DNA of 64,000 bases from Candidatus Limnocylindrus sp. (GTDB lineage: Bacteria; Chloroflexota; Limnocylindria; Limnocylindrales; Limnocylindraceae): assembly GCA_040397255.1 (NCBI GenBank), contig JBBAWJ010000002.1, positions 35,854-99,853 on the forward strand, written 5' to 3'. The notes below the pieces were generated by a model. It was given only the letters and a program-made list of their open reading frames with translations, was not told the origin of the DNA and did no database searches. The position numbers and the translations under genes are program-made. This document shows, one piece after another, positions 19,765 through 29,348 of the stretch. The number at the start of each line of letters is the position of its first letter. The stretch's first letter is position 1.

Positions 19765-21164
19765 CCGAGGGCCCCCTCCATCTCGAGTCGAATCAGGCGA
19801 TTGAACTCAAGGGCGTACTCCATCGGCAACTCCTTGGTGAAGACCTCAAGGAAGCCCTGCACGATCAGATTCGTTGCCTCGTTCTCCGTCATCCCACGGC
19901 TCATCAGATAGAAGATCTGATCATCGGAGACGCGACCGACCGTCGCCTCGTGGCTCATCGAGGTGTCGTCCTCTTGAATATCGATGTACGGATATGTTTC
20001 GGAGCGGCTCCCCTCATCGAGGATCAGTGCATCGCAGCGCACGCTGGTGGTGACACCAGTTGCGCCAGGCGCCACGCGGACCGTGCCGCGGTACGTCGCC
20101 ACGCCGCCGTCCTTGCAGACCGACTTGCCAACAATTCGACTTGTGGTGTTGGCCGCGAGGTGTATCGCCTTCGCGCCGGTGTCTTGGCGCTGACCCTTTG
20201 AGGCGACAGCGACAGAGACGATTTCGGCATGCGCCTTCTCGCCAAGCAGGTAGATGCCTGGGTACTTCATGGTGAGCTGTGCGCCCGTGTTGGCGTCGAT
20301 CCACTCAACGGTTGCACCGGCGTGCGCGTGCGCCCGCTTCGTCACCAGGTTGTAGACATCGTTCGACCAGTTCTGAATCGTGGTGTAGCGCACCTTGGCA
20401 CCCGGAAGTGCAATCACCTCGACGACGGCGACATGCAGTGAGTCGGTTGCCCAGTTTGGCGCGGTGCAACCCTCGATGTAGTGCAAGCTTGCGCCCTCAT
20501 CTACAACGATTAGGGTGCGCTCGAACTGCCCGGTGTTCTGTCCGTTGATGCGGAAGTAGGCCTGCAGTGGGAGTGGCACCTCGACGCCCTTTGGCACATA
20601 GACGAACGAGCCCCCCGACCAGACGGCCGAATTGAGGGCGGCAAACTTATTGTCCTCGGCTGGAATAACGGTGCCGAAGTACTTCTTGAAGATCTCTGGG
20701 TACTCCTTCATTCCCTGGTCGGTACCCATGAAGACGACGCCGAGCTTCTGCAGGTCTTCGCGCACGGAGTGGTAGACGACTTCGGAGTCGTACTGCGCGC
20801 CAACGCCCGAGAGGAACTTGCGCTCCGCCTCTGGGATGCCGAGTCGCTCGAAGGTCTTCTTGATCTGGTCGGGAACGTCGTCCCACGACTTCTCTTCGCG
20901 CTCGGATGGCTTGCGGTAGTAGACGATCTTCGAGAAGTCGAGCTTCGTGAGGTCGCCACCCCACATCGGCATCGCACGGGCCTCAAAGTGCTTGTAGGCG
21001 CGGAGGCGATACTCCAGCATCCAGGCTGGCTCGTCCTTCGTCTCGGAGATCTCCCGAACCGTGGCCTCGGTCAGGCCGGCCTTCGTCTCGCGCAGGTAGG
21101 TGATGTCGTCGTGGAAGGCGTACTGCTCCCGTTCGTCGCGAACCGTCTCCTTAGCGAGCGTCAT
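19761..21164 (-). CDS. sufB: Fe-S cluster assembly scaffold SufB
   Basis: EPAWMLEYRLRAYKHF...FERTLIVVDEGASLHYIEGCTAP...MSHEATVGRVSDDQIFYLMSRGM is typical SufB. Confidence 0.95.
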   Translation of the reverse strand: MTLAKETVRDEREQYAFHDDITYLRETKAGLTEATVREISETKDEPAWMLEYRLRAYKHFEARAMPMWGGDLTKLDFSKIVYYRKPSEREEKSWDDVPDQIKKTFERLGIPEAERKFLSGVGAQYDSEVVYHSVREDLQKLGVVFMGTDQGMKEYPEIFKKYFGTVIPAEDNKFAALNSAVWSGGSFVYVPKGVEVPLPLQAYFRINGQNTGQFERTLIVVDEGASLHYIEGCTAPNWATDSLHVAVVEVIALPGAKVRYTTIQNWSNDVYNLVTKRAHAHAGATVEWIDANTGAQLTMKYPGIYLLGEKAHAEIVSVAVASKGQRQDTGAKAIHLAANTTSRIVGKSVCKDGGVATYRGTVRVAPGATGVTTSVRCDALILDEGSRSETYPYIDIQEDDTSMSHEATVGRVSDDQIFYLMSRGMTENEATNLIVQGFLEVFTKELPMEYALEFNRLIRLEMEGALG

Positions 21165-21238
21165 GGAGCCTCCTCTTCCCTGCTGGATTCTGCGGGGTAA
21201 TCCCGAGTGATTCTATCAGGATTGGCCGGGACCCCTAT

Positions 21239-24200
21239 TCAGGCGGCCTTCGCCCGCTCGCCGCGCGAGAGGCTCTCCTTGAGCCCGTCGATAAGGCTGT
21301 ACACCACTGGCACCACGAGCAGGGTAAGGAGCGTCGATGAGAGGAGTCCGCCAATCACCACCGTGCCGAGCTCGGCGGCGATGATCGAGCCCTCGCTCGG
21401 CCCTGCTGCGAGTGGCAGGAGCGCCAAGATCGTGGCGACCGCCGTCATCAGGATCGGGCGCACACGCGTTGCCCCGGCGCGCAGAAGGGCATCCTTCGTT
21501 GGGACCCCCTCGTGGCGCAGCTGCTCAACGCGGTCGAGCAGCACGATGGCATTTGTCACCACGATGCCGATCAACATCAGGAAGCCGATGAGTGCCGAGA
21601 TGCCGATCGGACGATTCGTGATCAGCAGGGCCGGGAAGGCACCGATCACAGCGAGTGGCAGGCTGAACATGATCACGAGCGGATCCACAAGCGAGTTGAA
21701 GACCAACACCATGGTCAGGTAGACGAGCAGGATTGCGACGGCCATCGCGGTGAAGAGGCCGCCGAACGAAGCGTTCTGCTGCTCTGTCACGCCGGCGAGG
21801 CGCACGCTGACCTTGCTCAACCTCCCTGCGCTCTGCAGGTCGGTAACCGCTGTCTTCACGGCGGTGTTCACGGCACCGGTGTCGGCGACCGCGATCTCGC
21901 CGGTCACGTTTGCGGCGAGCGCCTGGTCAATGCGCGTAATGCTTGATGGAACGGAGAGCTCTTCGATCGTTGCGATGCTGCTGAGCGGCACCTTCTTTGC
22001 GCCGCCAACCAGGTGCGCACCGAGCTGGGCAATGTCGCTGACGGCGCTGCTGTCGATCTTGATGGAGAGGTTCACCTTTTCACCATCAATCGTGATCTGC
22101 CCGAGCTGCGAACCGACCAGGAGATTGCGTACCTCGCCAGCAACCTGCGCCGCTGAGAGGCCGGCAATCGCGGCCGCTGATGGGTTGACGGTGATCTCAA
22201 TCTGGCGACCAGCCTTTACGAGATCACTCTTCACGTTTGCGAGGTCGCCATTCGCGGCGAGTGTTGTGACAAGAAGGTCTGATGCGGCCTCAACGTCAGC
22301 GGCACGATCACCGGTGACGATCACTGAGATGGCGTTGGAGCCGGCGGCAAAGCCGACCTCCTCCACCGTAACCGTCCAGCCCTGGGTGCCAACGTCGGCG
22401 AGCTCATTCGCAAAGCGAGTCTTCGCCTCTGCAAGGCTTGAGTCGGCGGTGAGCCGCACCGTCATTCGTGCAGCATTTGGTGCTCGCCCCGTCGTGGCAG
22501 CAACGAGCGTTTGCGTCCCTGTTGAATCCGCGCTCGGAATCGAGGTCGTTACCAACTCAACCGTTTGATCCTTTGCGAGGATCTCGTACGCAACGCGGCT
22601 GCGCGTAAGGACGCGATCTGTCGAAGTACCGAGCGGTGGGTTCACGGTAATCGTCAATACCTTATCGCTACCACTATTCAAGAACTGCGTTGGAATCGCA
22701 CTCACAAGCGAGGTGGACCCAAGGAAGAGGCTGAACGCGATGAGGAGAGTGAAGAGCTTTGTGGCACGGCGGCGCAGAGCCAAGCCAAGGATTGGCAGAT
22801 AGATGCGACCCCAGATGGAGACCTCTTCGTGGTCGGTGTCAACCGCGTATGGAATGGTTGCCTTTGAGCCCTTAACCTTCACTAGGAAGTAGGCAAGCAC
22901 TGGGATCACCGTGAGCGCAACGATCAGCGATGCGAGCAGGGCATAGGTAACGGTGAGTGCGAATGGCAGGAAGAACTGGCTGATCAGGCCGCCCACGACG
23001 CCGAGCGGCAAGAAGACCGCGATCGTCGTGATGGTTGAGCTGGTGATCGCCGAGGCAACCTCGCGCGTGCCGTTGAGCACCGCTTCGCCGATGGGCTCGC
23101 CTTGGCTGCGGTGCCGATAGATGTTCTCTAGGACCACGATCGAGTCGTCGACGACGCGACCGACCGCAACGGCGAGTCCGCCGAGGGTCATGATGTTGAT
23201 GGTGATGCCGGTCGTTGACATGAGGATGATTGCCGACAAGACGCTCAGCGGAATGCTCACCGCGGCAACGATGGTTGAGCGGAGGTTCAGCAGGAAGACG
23301 AAGATGACGATGACGGCGAAGGCGGCACCGAGGCCACCCTCCTGCAAGAGCGAATTGACTGAATCGAGGATGAAGACCGATGCGTCGGTAACCACCGACT
23401 GCTTCACCTGGGCCGAGTGTGCCTCGGCAAACTTCTCAATGGCGGCAATCGATTCCTGGGCGGTGGTCACGGTATTGGCATCGGCCGACTTGCTCACGCT
23501 GATGGTCAGGCCAGGGGTGCCGTTCGTCTCAGACCAGCCGGTGGTGTGCACCTCGGCGAGCGAGACCGTCGCGACATCCTTCAAGAAGACGGGGTACGGC
23601 TGACCAGTTGGCGTCACTCCGCCGCCAACGATGAGGTTCTCAAGGTCGGCAACTGAGGTGAAGCGGCCAGTGGCCGACACGGGCACGAGGGTGCTGCCCA
23701 CTGGGAGCTGGCCACCCGGATAAGTCAGGTTGTTCGCCTGAATCAGGCCTTGAACCTGCGACATGCTGACACCGGTAGCGGCGAGCTTTGCTGCGTCAAG
23801 TTGAATGTAGGCCTGGGTCTCACTGCCACCCGAGAGATCGGCGGCGGAGATGCCGCTGATGCCGCGGAGGCTCGGCATCAGCTCGCTCTGCGCAAGCGTT
23901 GCCAGCTCCGTCAACGTCGTGTCGCCCTTTGGGGTCAGGGTGGCGATGACAACGGCAGCAGAGTTGATGTTGAAGTTGCGAACGACTGGCGTAACGCCGG
24001 CGGGGAGGCGGGACCCGGCGATGGCAGTCTCGATCTGGCGCAGGATCTCCTTGACGTCACTCCCGTAGGCGAATTGGGCGGAGACGAAGCCGAGTCCGGT
24101 CGTTGAGACGGAGCGGAGCGACTCGACGCCTGCAACTGAGGCCACAGCGGCCTCAATCGGCGCGGCCACCTGCTCGGCAACGTCGGCGGTGCCTGCCCCC

Positions 24201-24358
24201 GGGTATGGAGCGATCACGGTGATGATTGGGAAGTCGATGTTTGGAAGCAACTCCTGCTTCAGGCTCCCCCAACTCGCCACGCCCCCGCCGAAGACTGCGA
24301 GTGCGATCAAAATGGTCACGCTGCGTCGAGCGACCGCGAGCTTGGTCAGGAAAAACAT
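21239..24358 (-). CDS. RND-superfamily efflux transporter permease (AcrB/AcrD/AcrF family)
   Basis: About 1040 aa with the duplicated 6-TM plus large-loop architecture. Motifs: FFLTKLAVARRSVTILIAL, VVDDSIVVLENIYRH, IGIVVTNAIVLLDRVEQL. ATG 24358 has a GAGGGGGA SD sequence. Confidence 0.85.
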   Translation of the reverse strand: MFFLTKLAVARRSVTILIALAVFGGGVASWGSLKQELLPNIDFPIITVIAPYPGAGTADVAEQVAAPIEAAVASVAGVESLRSVSTTGLGFVSAQFAYGSDVKEILRQIETAIAGSRLPAGVTPVVRNFNINSAAVVIATLTPKGDTTLTELATLAQSELMPSLRGISGISAADLSGGSETQAYIQLDAAKLAATGVSMSQVQGLIQANNLTYPGGQLPVGSTLVPVSATGRFTSVADLENLIVGGGVTPTGQPYPVFLKDVATVSLAEVHTTGWSETNGTPGLTISVSKSADANTVTTAQESIAAIEKFAEAHSAQVKQSVVTDASVFILDSVNSLLQEGGLGAAFAVIVIFVFLLNLRSTIVAAVSIPLSVLSAIILMSTTGITINIMTLGGLAVAVGRVVDDSIVVLENIYRHRSQGEPIGEAVLNGTREVASAITSSTITTIAVFLPLGVVGGLISQFFLPFALTVTYALLASLIVALTVIPVLAYFLVKVKGSKATIPYAVDTDHEEVSIWGRIYLPILGLALRRRATKLFTLLIAFSLFLGSTSLVSAIPTQFLNSGSDKVLTITVNPPLGTSTDRVLTRSRVAYEILAKDQTVELVTTSIPSADSTGTQTLVAATTGRAPNAARMTVRLTADSSLAEAKTRFANELADVGTQGWTVTVEEVGFAAGSNAISVIVTGDRAADVEAASDLLVTTLAANGDLANVKSDLVKAGRQIEITVNPSAAAIAGLSAAQVAGEVRNLLVGSQLGQITIDGEKVNLSIKIDSSAVSDIAQLGAHLVGGAKKVPLSSIATIEELSVPSSITRIDQALAANVTGEIAVADTGAVNTAVKTAVTDLQSAGRLSKVSVRLAGVTEQQNASFGGLFTAMAVAILLVYLTMVLVFNSLVDPLVIMFSLPLAVIGAFPALLITNRPIGISALIGFLMLIGIVVTNAIVLLDRVEQLRHEGVPTKDALLRAGATRVRPILMTAVATILALLPLAAGPSEGSIIAAELGTVVIGGLLSSTLLTLLVVPVVYSLIDGLKESLSRGERAKAA

Positions 24359-24472
24359 GGAGTCCCCCTCTATTTCGCCGATTGGAGTGGGCAACAACGC
24401 CCAACAGGCGTAGTATCGCGGAATCCCGCCGATAATGCTGCGGGGCTAAAAACGCATTAAGGGGGGTTAATC

Positions 24473-24907
24473 ATGACCACGCGAACGGCGACCGCCACAT
24501 GGAACGGCTCACTCCTTGAGGGCTCCGGGGCCATCACCTCGTTTGAGAGCGGAGCGATCGGCACGCTGCCAGTGAGTTGGCCGCGACGATCAGAGGCGCA
24601 CGATGGATCAACCTCTCCAGAAGAGTTGCTCGCTGCAGCACACGCATCCTGCTTCGCAATGGCGCTCTCGGGCGGCCTGGCGCGCAACGAAACTCCGGCC
24701 AAGCAGCTCGACGTTTCGGCGACCGTGACCTTTGAGAAGGTTGAGGCGGGTTGGCGCGTAACGAGGTCGGCGCTCACCCTCAAGGGCGATGTTCCGGGTC
24801 TTGATGCTGCGAAGTTTGCGGAGCTTGCCGAAGGGGCGAAGGGCGGCTGCCCAATATCAGCAGCGCTCGCAGGGAACGTCGAGATCACCCTCTCGATTAA
24901 CGCCTAA
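24473..24907 (+). CDS. osmC: OsmC-family peroxiredoxin
   Basis: ATWNGSLLEGSG...TSPEELLAAAHASCFAM...AKGGCPIS carries the two conserved Cys residues. Confidence 0.85.
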   Translation: MTTRTATATWNGSLLEGSGAITSFESGAIGTLPVSWPRRSEAHDGSTSPEELLAAAHASCFAMALSGGLARNETPAKQLDVSATVTFEKVEAGWRVTRSALTLKGDVPGLDAAKFAELAEGAKGGCPISAALAGNVEITLSINA

Positions 24908-26238
24908 GCCTCGTCGCGCACCGCGCGGATCGCTGCGGCGGTCCCGCGCGCGATGCGCGCAATCTCCTCGTCGCCAATGACGAACGGTGGACCGATCACA
25001 ATTTGGTCGCCGTCTACGCCGTTGGCCTGGCCCGTGGCGCTATAGAGCAGCAGACCAACATCGGCCGCGTTCTTGGCGTGCGCCAACACGCGCTCGGTGA
25101 CGCGCTTGGCACGCGCATGCGGTGCCTTGTTCCCGCGGTCGGCAACAAGTTCGATCCCGAGTAGGAGACCGCGGCCGCGAATCTCGCCGACCCACGGATC
25201 GTTGACGAGCTCTGACTCAAGTGCCGCGCGCAGCTCGGCGCCTCGGGTTGCCGAGGCCTCGATCAGCTTCTCGTCGCGCAGAATCTTCAGCACAGAGCGC
25301 GCGACGGCGGCTCCAGGAATCGAGTGGCTATAGGTGAAGCCGTGGACGAAGCCGCTCGCCAAGATCGGCTCGGCAACATGGGCGGCGGCGGCAACGAAAC
25401 CGAACGGCCAGTAGCCGCTGGTCACGCCCTTCGCCGCGAGCAGCAGGTCTGGTTGTAGGTTCCAGTGGTTTGAGCCGAACCAGGTTCCCGTTCGACCGAA
25501 TCCGGTCATCACCTCATCGGCAACGAGCAGCACCTTGTTGCGCGCGCACCAGGCGCTGACCGCTGGCCAGTAGTCGTCGGATGGCACGGCGGCGGCGAGC
25601 GTTGCACCAACGATCGGCTCGGCAACGAAGGCGGCGATGCGCCCTGGACCAATGCGGCTCAGCAGCGCGTCAAGTTCGGCGACCGCTTCGGCGCCGCTGG
25701 CAATCGCGTTGGCGCCGTCGAGACCAGCACGATACGAATACGGGGCCGAAACATGCTCAAAGCGGCCGAGCCACGGCTCGTATGGGCGTCGCAGCCCAGT
25801 GCGACCGGAGAGGTCGAGGGCACCGAGGGTGTTGCCGTGATAGCTCCCCCAGCGGCTCACCACCACGGTGCGATCGGGCTCGCCCTGCGCCAGCCAGTAG
25901 GCGCGCACCATCTTGAGCGCCGTCTCCGCAGCCTCCGAACCGCCAGAGACCGGATAGAGCGACGGGTTGTTCATTGGTAGAAGTGGACCAATCTCACTCG
26001 CCCAGGCGTCGAGCGCCTCGGCGGTGAAGGCGCTCCCGTGGGCGTAGGCGATCTTTGCCATCTGCGCCGCGGCGGCATCGGCAACGGCGCGTCGGCCGTG
26101 ACCAATCCCCACGACGATGGCGCCACCTGCGGCATCAAGATAGCGCCGACCACTCTTGTCGGTGATGTACGCGCCGTCACCAGACGCAGCGATAGGGAGC
26201 GCGGGACCGCCGCGGCTGAAGATCTTGCCGCTACTCAC
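24904..26238 (-). CDS. Class III aminotransferase (aspartate aminotransferase superfamily, omega-amino acid type)
   Basis: SGGSEAAETALKMVR, ADEVMTGFGRTGTWFG and AAKGVTSGY are present. Confidence 0.8.
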   Translation of the reverse strand: MSSGKIFSRGGPALPIAASGDGAYITDKSGRRYLDAAGGAIVVGIGHGRRAVADAAAAQMAKIAYAHGSAFTAEALDAWASEIGPLLPMNNPSLYPVSGGSEAAETALKMVRAYWLAQGEPDRTVVVSRWGSYHGNTLGALDLSGRTGLRRPYEPWLGRFEHVSAPYSYRAGLDGANAIASGAEAVAELDALLSRIGPGRIAAFVAEPIVGATLAAAVPSDDYWPAVSAWCARNKVLLVADEVMTGFGRTGTWFGSNHWNLQPDLLLAAKGVTSGYWPFGFVAAAAHVAEPILASGFVHGFTYSHSIPGAAVARSVLKILRDEKLIEASATRGAELRAALESELVNDPWVGEIRGRGLLLGIELVADRGNKAPHARAKRVTERVLAHAKNAADVGLLLYSATGQANGVDGDQIVIGPPFVIGDEEIARIARGTAAAIRAVRDEA

Positions 26239-27017
26239 GAGACGTATGCCCCGGTCGGGTCGAGCTCTTCGCGGATCAGGCGCAGCTCCTCATCGGTCGG
26301 CGTCGGCGTGGCAGGAACGTTCTGCGGAGCGCGGATCTCCCAACCGATCGATGCGCGCACCTCATCAAGGGTTGCGCCCGGATGCAGGCTGCGCAGCGCC
26401 ATCTCACCGTCGTCATCGAATCCGTAGACGCCGAGATCGGTGATCACGCCCGATGGGCCGCTGCCGCCCCACCCCTGCGCCGCGCGCGTCTTCGCCGCTG
26501 CGACAGCACCGCCGAGATTGCCGGGCGAAGTGCGGAAGTCGAGCTCTTTCACAAAGCTACGCGTGCTCTGACGCATGATCACCAGAATCTCTTTGGCGTT
26601 GATGGCGATCTCGCACGCTCCACCGGAGCCCGGGAGGCGCGTCTTCGGTGCGGCGTAGTCGCCAATCACCGTCGTGTTGAGGTTGCCGAATCGATCGATC
26701 TGCGCGCCGCCGAGGAAGCCCACATCGATGCGACCCCCCTGCAGGTAGAGGCCGAAGAGGTCGTGCATGGAGACGGTGGCGGTGGAGCCGGTCACGATCG
26801 TTGGGTCACCAATCGAGAGTGGAAGTCGTGCGGGATTTGCGCCGAAGACGCCCGCCTCGTAGACCAGCTCCATCTCTGGTGCGACGGTGCGCTTGGCGAG
26901 GTTCACGGCGATGTTCGGGAGGCCCACCCCCACGAAGCAGACGCGCTTTCCGGTCAGGGCGTGCGCAGAGGCGACGACCATCAACTCGCTCTTGCTCGCC
27001 GGACGCTGCGCGCTCAT
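26235..27017 (-). CDS. CoA-transferase subunit B (glutaconate/3-oxoacid CoA-transferase family)
   Basis: FVGVGLPNIAVNLAK...ESGV-like core (YEAGVFG), GGAQIDRFGNLN, LPGSGGA. It overlaps subunit A by 4 nt. Confidence 0.75.
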   Translation of the reverse strand: MSAQRPASKSELMVVASAHALTGKRVCFVGVGLPNIAVNLAKRTVAPEMELVYEAGVFGANPARLPLSIGDPTIVTGSTATVSMHDLFGLYLQGGRIDVGFLGGAQIDRFGNLNTTVIGDYAAPKTRLPGSGGACEIAINAKEILVIMRQSTRSFVKELDFRTSPGNLGGAVAAAKTRAAQGWGGSGPSGVITDLGVYGFDDDGEMALRSLHPGATLDEVRASIGWEIRAPQNVPATPTPTDEELRLIREELDPTGAYVS

Positions 27018-27946
27018 CGGTAGTCTCCGTAGTCAACCGAACCAGATGGGGCACTCGTTGGGGTGAGCCCCTTGAAGTAGTCGCCACCGAACTTCGCCAC
27101 GTAGGCGGCGCGATCCTTTACGCCGTAAACCCACTCCTGCAGCCACGCCTCGGTGGCGGCGGCATCGCGGCTTATGGTGTCCCATTCGCGATAGAAGGCA
27201 TTGTCGCGATCGTACGAACCTTGCACGTACGACGGGTGCGCACCGAACGGTTCGCACACTACGGCGCTCACGATCAGCCCAGGAGCAATGGTGCGATTCG
27301 GATCGGCGCGGATCACACTGGTTGGCACGATCTCTTCGACAACGGCGATCACGCGCTTCGCAGCGAATGCCGCCTCCTTCTGGCAGCCGAGTAGGCCCCA
27401 CATCTGTACGTTCCCCTCAGCGTCGGCGCGCTGGGCATGGATGATCGTCACGTCGGGGTTGAGTGGTGGAACGGCGTAGACCTCTTCGCCGCCGAACGGG
27501 CTCTGCACGGTGCGAATCAGCGGATTCACCTTCGGCAGGTCGCTCTCGGAGTAGCTGCGCAGCGGGTAGAACGGGAGGCGGTGCGCACCGGCCACATAGC
27601 GGCCGACCATGCCGTGATGGCTGTACTCCTCGATCTCGAGGAGTGATTCGCCGGGGGCGAGCGCGGCTGGCTCCGTGCGCCGGCGAATCGCATGCAGCGA
27701 GCCGACGCCAGGATTGCCGAGCCAGCTGAAGATCAACTTCTTGGCGCAGCCTGCAGCAACCATCTGGTCGTACACCAGATCGGGCGTCATTCGCGCCAGT
27801 GTCAGATTGCGGCGCCTCTGTCGAATGATCTCGTGCCCTGCCGCAAACGAGATGCAGTGGGTGAACCCTTCAATTGCCACCGTGTCGCCGTCGTGCACGT
27901 GCGCGGCGATCGCCGTGCGCATATCAACGAGTTTCGAGGTGCTCAC
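27014..27946 (-). CDS. CoA-transferase subunit A (glutaconate CoA-transferase GctA-like)
   Basis: IAAHVHDGDTVAIEGF...WLGNPGVGSLHAIRR...IIHAQRADAEGNVQMWG fits the family. It is paired with subunit B. Confidence 0.7.
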   Translation of the reverse strand: MSTSKLVDMRTAIAAHVHDGDTVAIEGFTHCISFAAGHEIIRQRRRNLTLARMTPDLVYDQMVAAGCAKKLIFSWLGNPGVGSLHAIRRRTEPAALAPGESLLEIEEYSHHGMVGRYVAGAHRLPFYPLRSYSESDLPKVNPLIRTVQSPFGGEEVYAVPPLNPDVTIIHAQRADAEGNVQMWGLLGCQKEAAFAAKRVIAVVEEIVPTSVIRADPNRTIAPGLIVSAVVCEPFGAHPSYVQGSYDRDNAFYREWDTISRDAAATEAWLQEWVYGVKDRAAYVAKFGGDYFKGLTPTSAPSGSVDYGDYR

Positions 27947-27994
27947 CTGCTCACCCCTGCGAGAGCTGTTAGGGGCCCGCGCATGGGCGCTGGC

Positions 27995-29293
27995 TCAGTG
28001 CCGTGCGGCGACTGCCGCTGCGGCCTCGCAGAAGATGCGCATTGCGGTATCCATTTCAACTTCGTTCACAACGAGTGGTGGGCTCATGCGCACGCCGCGG
28101 TCGCCACATGTCAGCACAAGGAGTCCGCGCTCAAACGCTTCTACTTCAACCTCACCCGCAATGTCGCCATCGGTGAAGTCGACGCCGATCATGAGGCCGA
28201 TGCCGCGGATGTCGGTGACGTGCTTGTTGCCAGCGAGGCCAGCGCGCAGCCCCTTGACTGCCTGTGCGCCGCGGTCGATCGCGTTCTGCATCAGGTTCTC
28301 ATCGCGAATGACTTCCAGCGTGGCGATGGCCGCCGCTGCAGCAACCGGGTTGCCGCCGAACGTTGAGCCGTGTGAGCCGGGCTTCCAGCGCATCCAATGC
28401 TCTTTGGCAATCACGGCGCCGATTGGCATTCCAGAGCCGAGGCCCTTCGCCGCAGCGACGATGTCGGGCTCGATACCGAAGTTTTCAATCGCCCACATCT
28501 TGCCGGTGCGACCGGCGCCAGACTGCACCTCGTCGACGACGATGGCGATGCAGTACTTGTCAGCGATCGCCTTCAGTCGTGGGAAGAAGTCCTTGTCGGG
28601 GACGATGTAGCCACCCTCACCCTGCACCGGCTCAACAACGAACGCGGCAATCTCGTCACCAGGGATGGTGCGCGCAATGATGCGCTCTTCGAGTTCGTCG
28701 AGGCCCTCGCTGCCAAATGGCACATGCAAGAAGCCTGGCGCGAGTGGACCAAAGTGGGCGTGATACTTCGCCTTGGAATTTGTCAGCGTCAGTGCGCCGA
28801 GGGTTCGTCCGTGGAAGCCGCCGACGAAACCGACGATCCACTGGCGACCGCTCATGTAGCGCGCCAACTTGATGGAGGCCTCAACCGCTTCGGTTCCTGA
28901 GTTCTGTAAGAGGACCTTTGATGGCCCCTTCCATGGTGCCGATGCGGCAAGTGCCGATGCGAGCTCCTGGTAGCGCTGCTCGTAGAAGTCGGATGCGCTG
29001 TAGTGCAAGAGGCGCTGCGCCTGCTGCACGATCGCGTCGACCACACGCGGGTGGCAGTGACCCGTGGAGTTCACGGCGATGCCGGCGCAGAAGTCGAGGA
29101 AGACGTTCCCGTCCTGATCTTCAACGCCCATCCCAAAGCCGCGTACGGGGGCAAACGGATAGGCGCGGGGCAGGCTTCCAGAGACGACGGCCTGGTCGGC
29201 AGCAACCTGGGCGAGGGCCCTTGGGCCCGGCACCTTGGTGACGAGGTGCGGCAGCGTGGCTGGCCAGGTTGCAGGCTTCTCGGCGATCGTCAT
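27995..29293 (-). CDS. 4-aminobutyrate/omega-amino acid aminotransferase (GabT-like, class III)
   Basis: NSGTEAVEASIKLAR, VDEVQSGAGRTGKMWA, AAKGLGSGMPIG. The start is taken at the internal ATG 29293, which is preceded by AGGAGG. The upstream part of the track ORF looks non-coding. Confidence 0.8.
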   Translation of the reverse strand: MTIAEKPATWPATLPHLVTKVPGPRALAQVAADQAVVSGSLPRAYPFAPVRGFGMGVEDQDGNVFLDFCAGIAVNSTGHCHPRVVDAIVQQAQRLLHYSASDFYEQRYQELASALAASAPWKGPSKVLLQNSGTEAVEASIKLARYMSGRQWIVGFVGGFHGRTLGALTLTNSKAKYHAHFGPLAPGFLHVPFGSEGLDELEERIIARTIPGDEIAAFVVEPVQGEGGYIVPDKDFFPRLKAIADKYCIAIVVDEVQSGAGRTGKMWAIENFGIEPDIVAAAKGLGSGMPIGAVIAKEHWMRWKPGSHGSTFGGNPVAAAAAIATLEVIRDENLMQNAIDRGAQAVKGLRAGLAGNKHVTDIRGIGLMIGVDFTDGDIAGEVEVEAFERGLLVLTCGDRGVRMSPPLVVNEVEMDTAMRIFCEAAAAVAARH

Positions 29294-29348
29294 GGTGCCC
29301 CTCCTATGGATGCTTTCTATGCGGAGTGTATACGAGGAGAACCCCCGT

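Noticed and set aside
21165-21238. Repeated GGATT/AATCC pentamers upstream of sufB (GGATT 21185-21189 / AATCC 21199-21203, plus further GATT copies), considered as a SufR-type operator
   Set aside because: The arms are only 5 bp long. No SufR gene is in the window, and I do not know a matching consensus. This is too weak to call.
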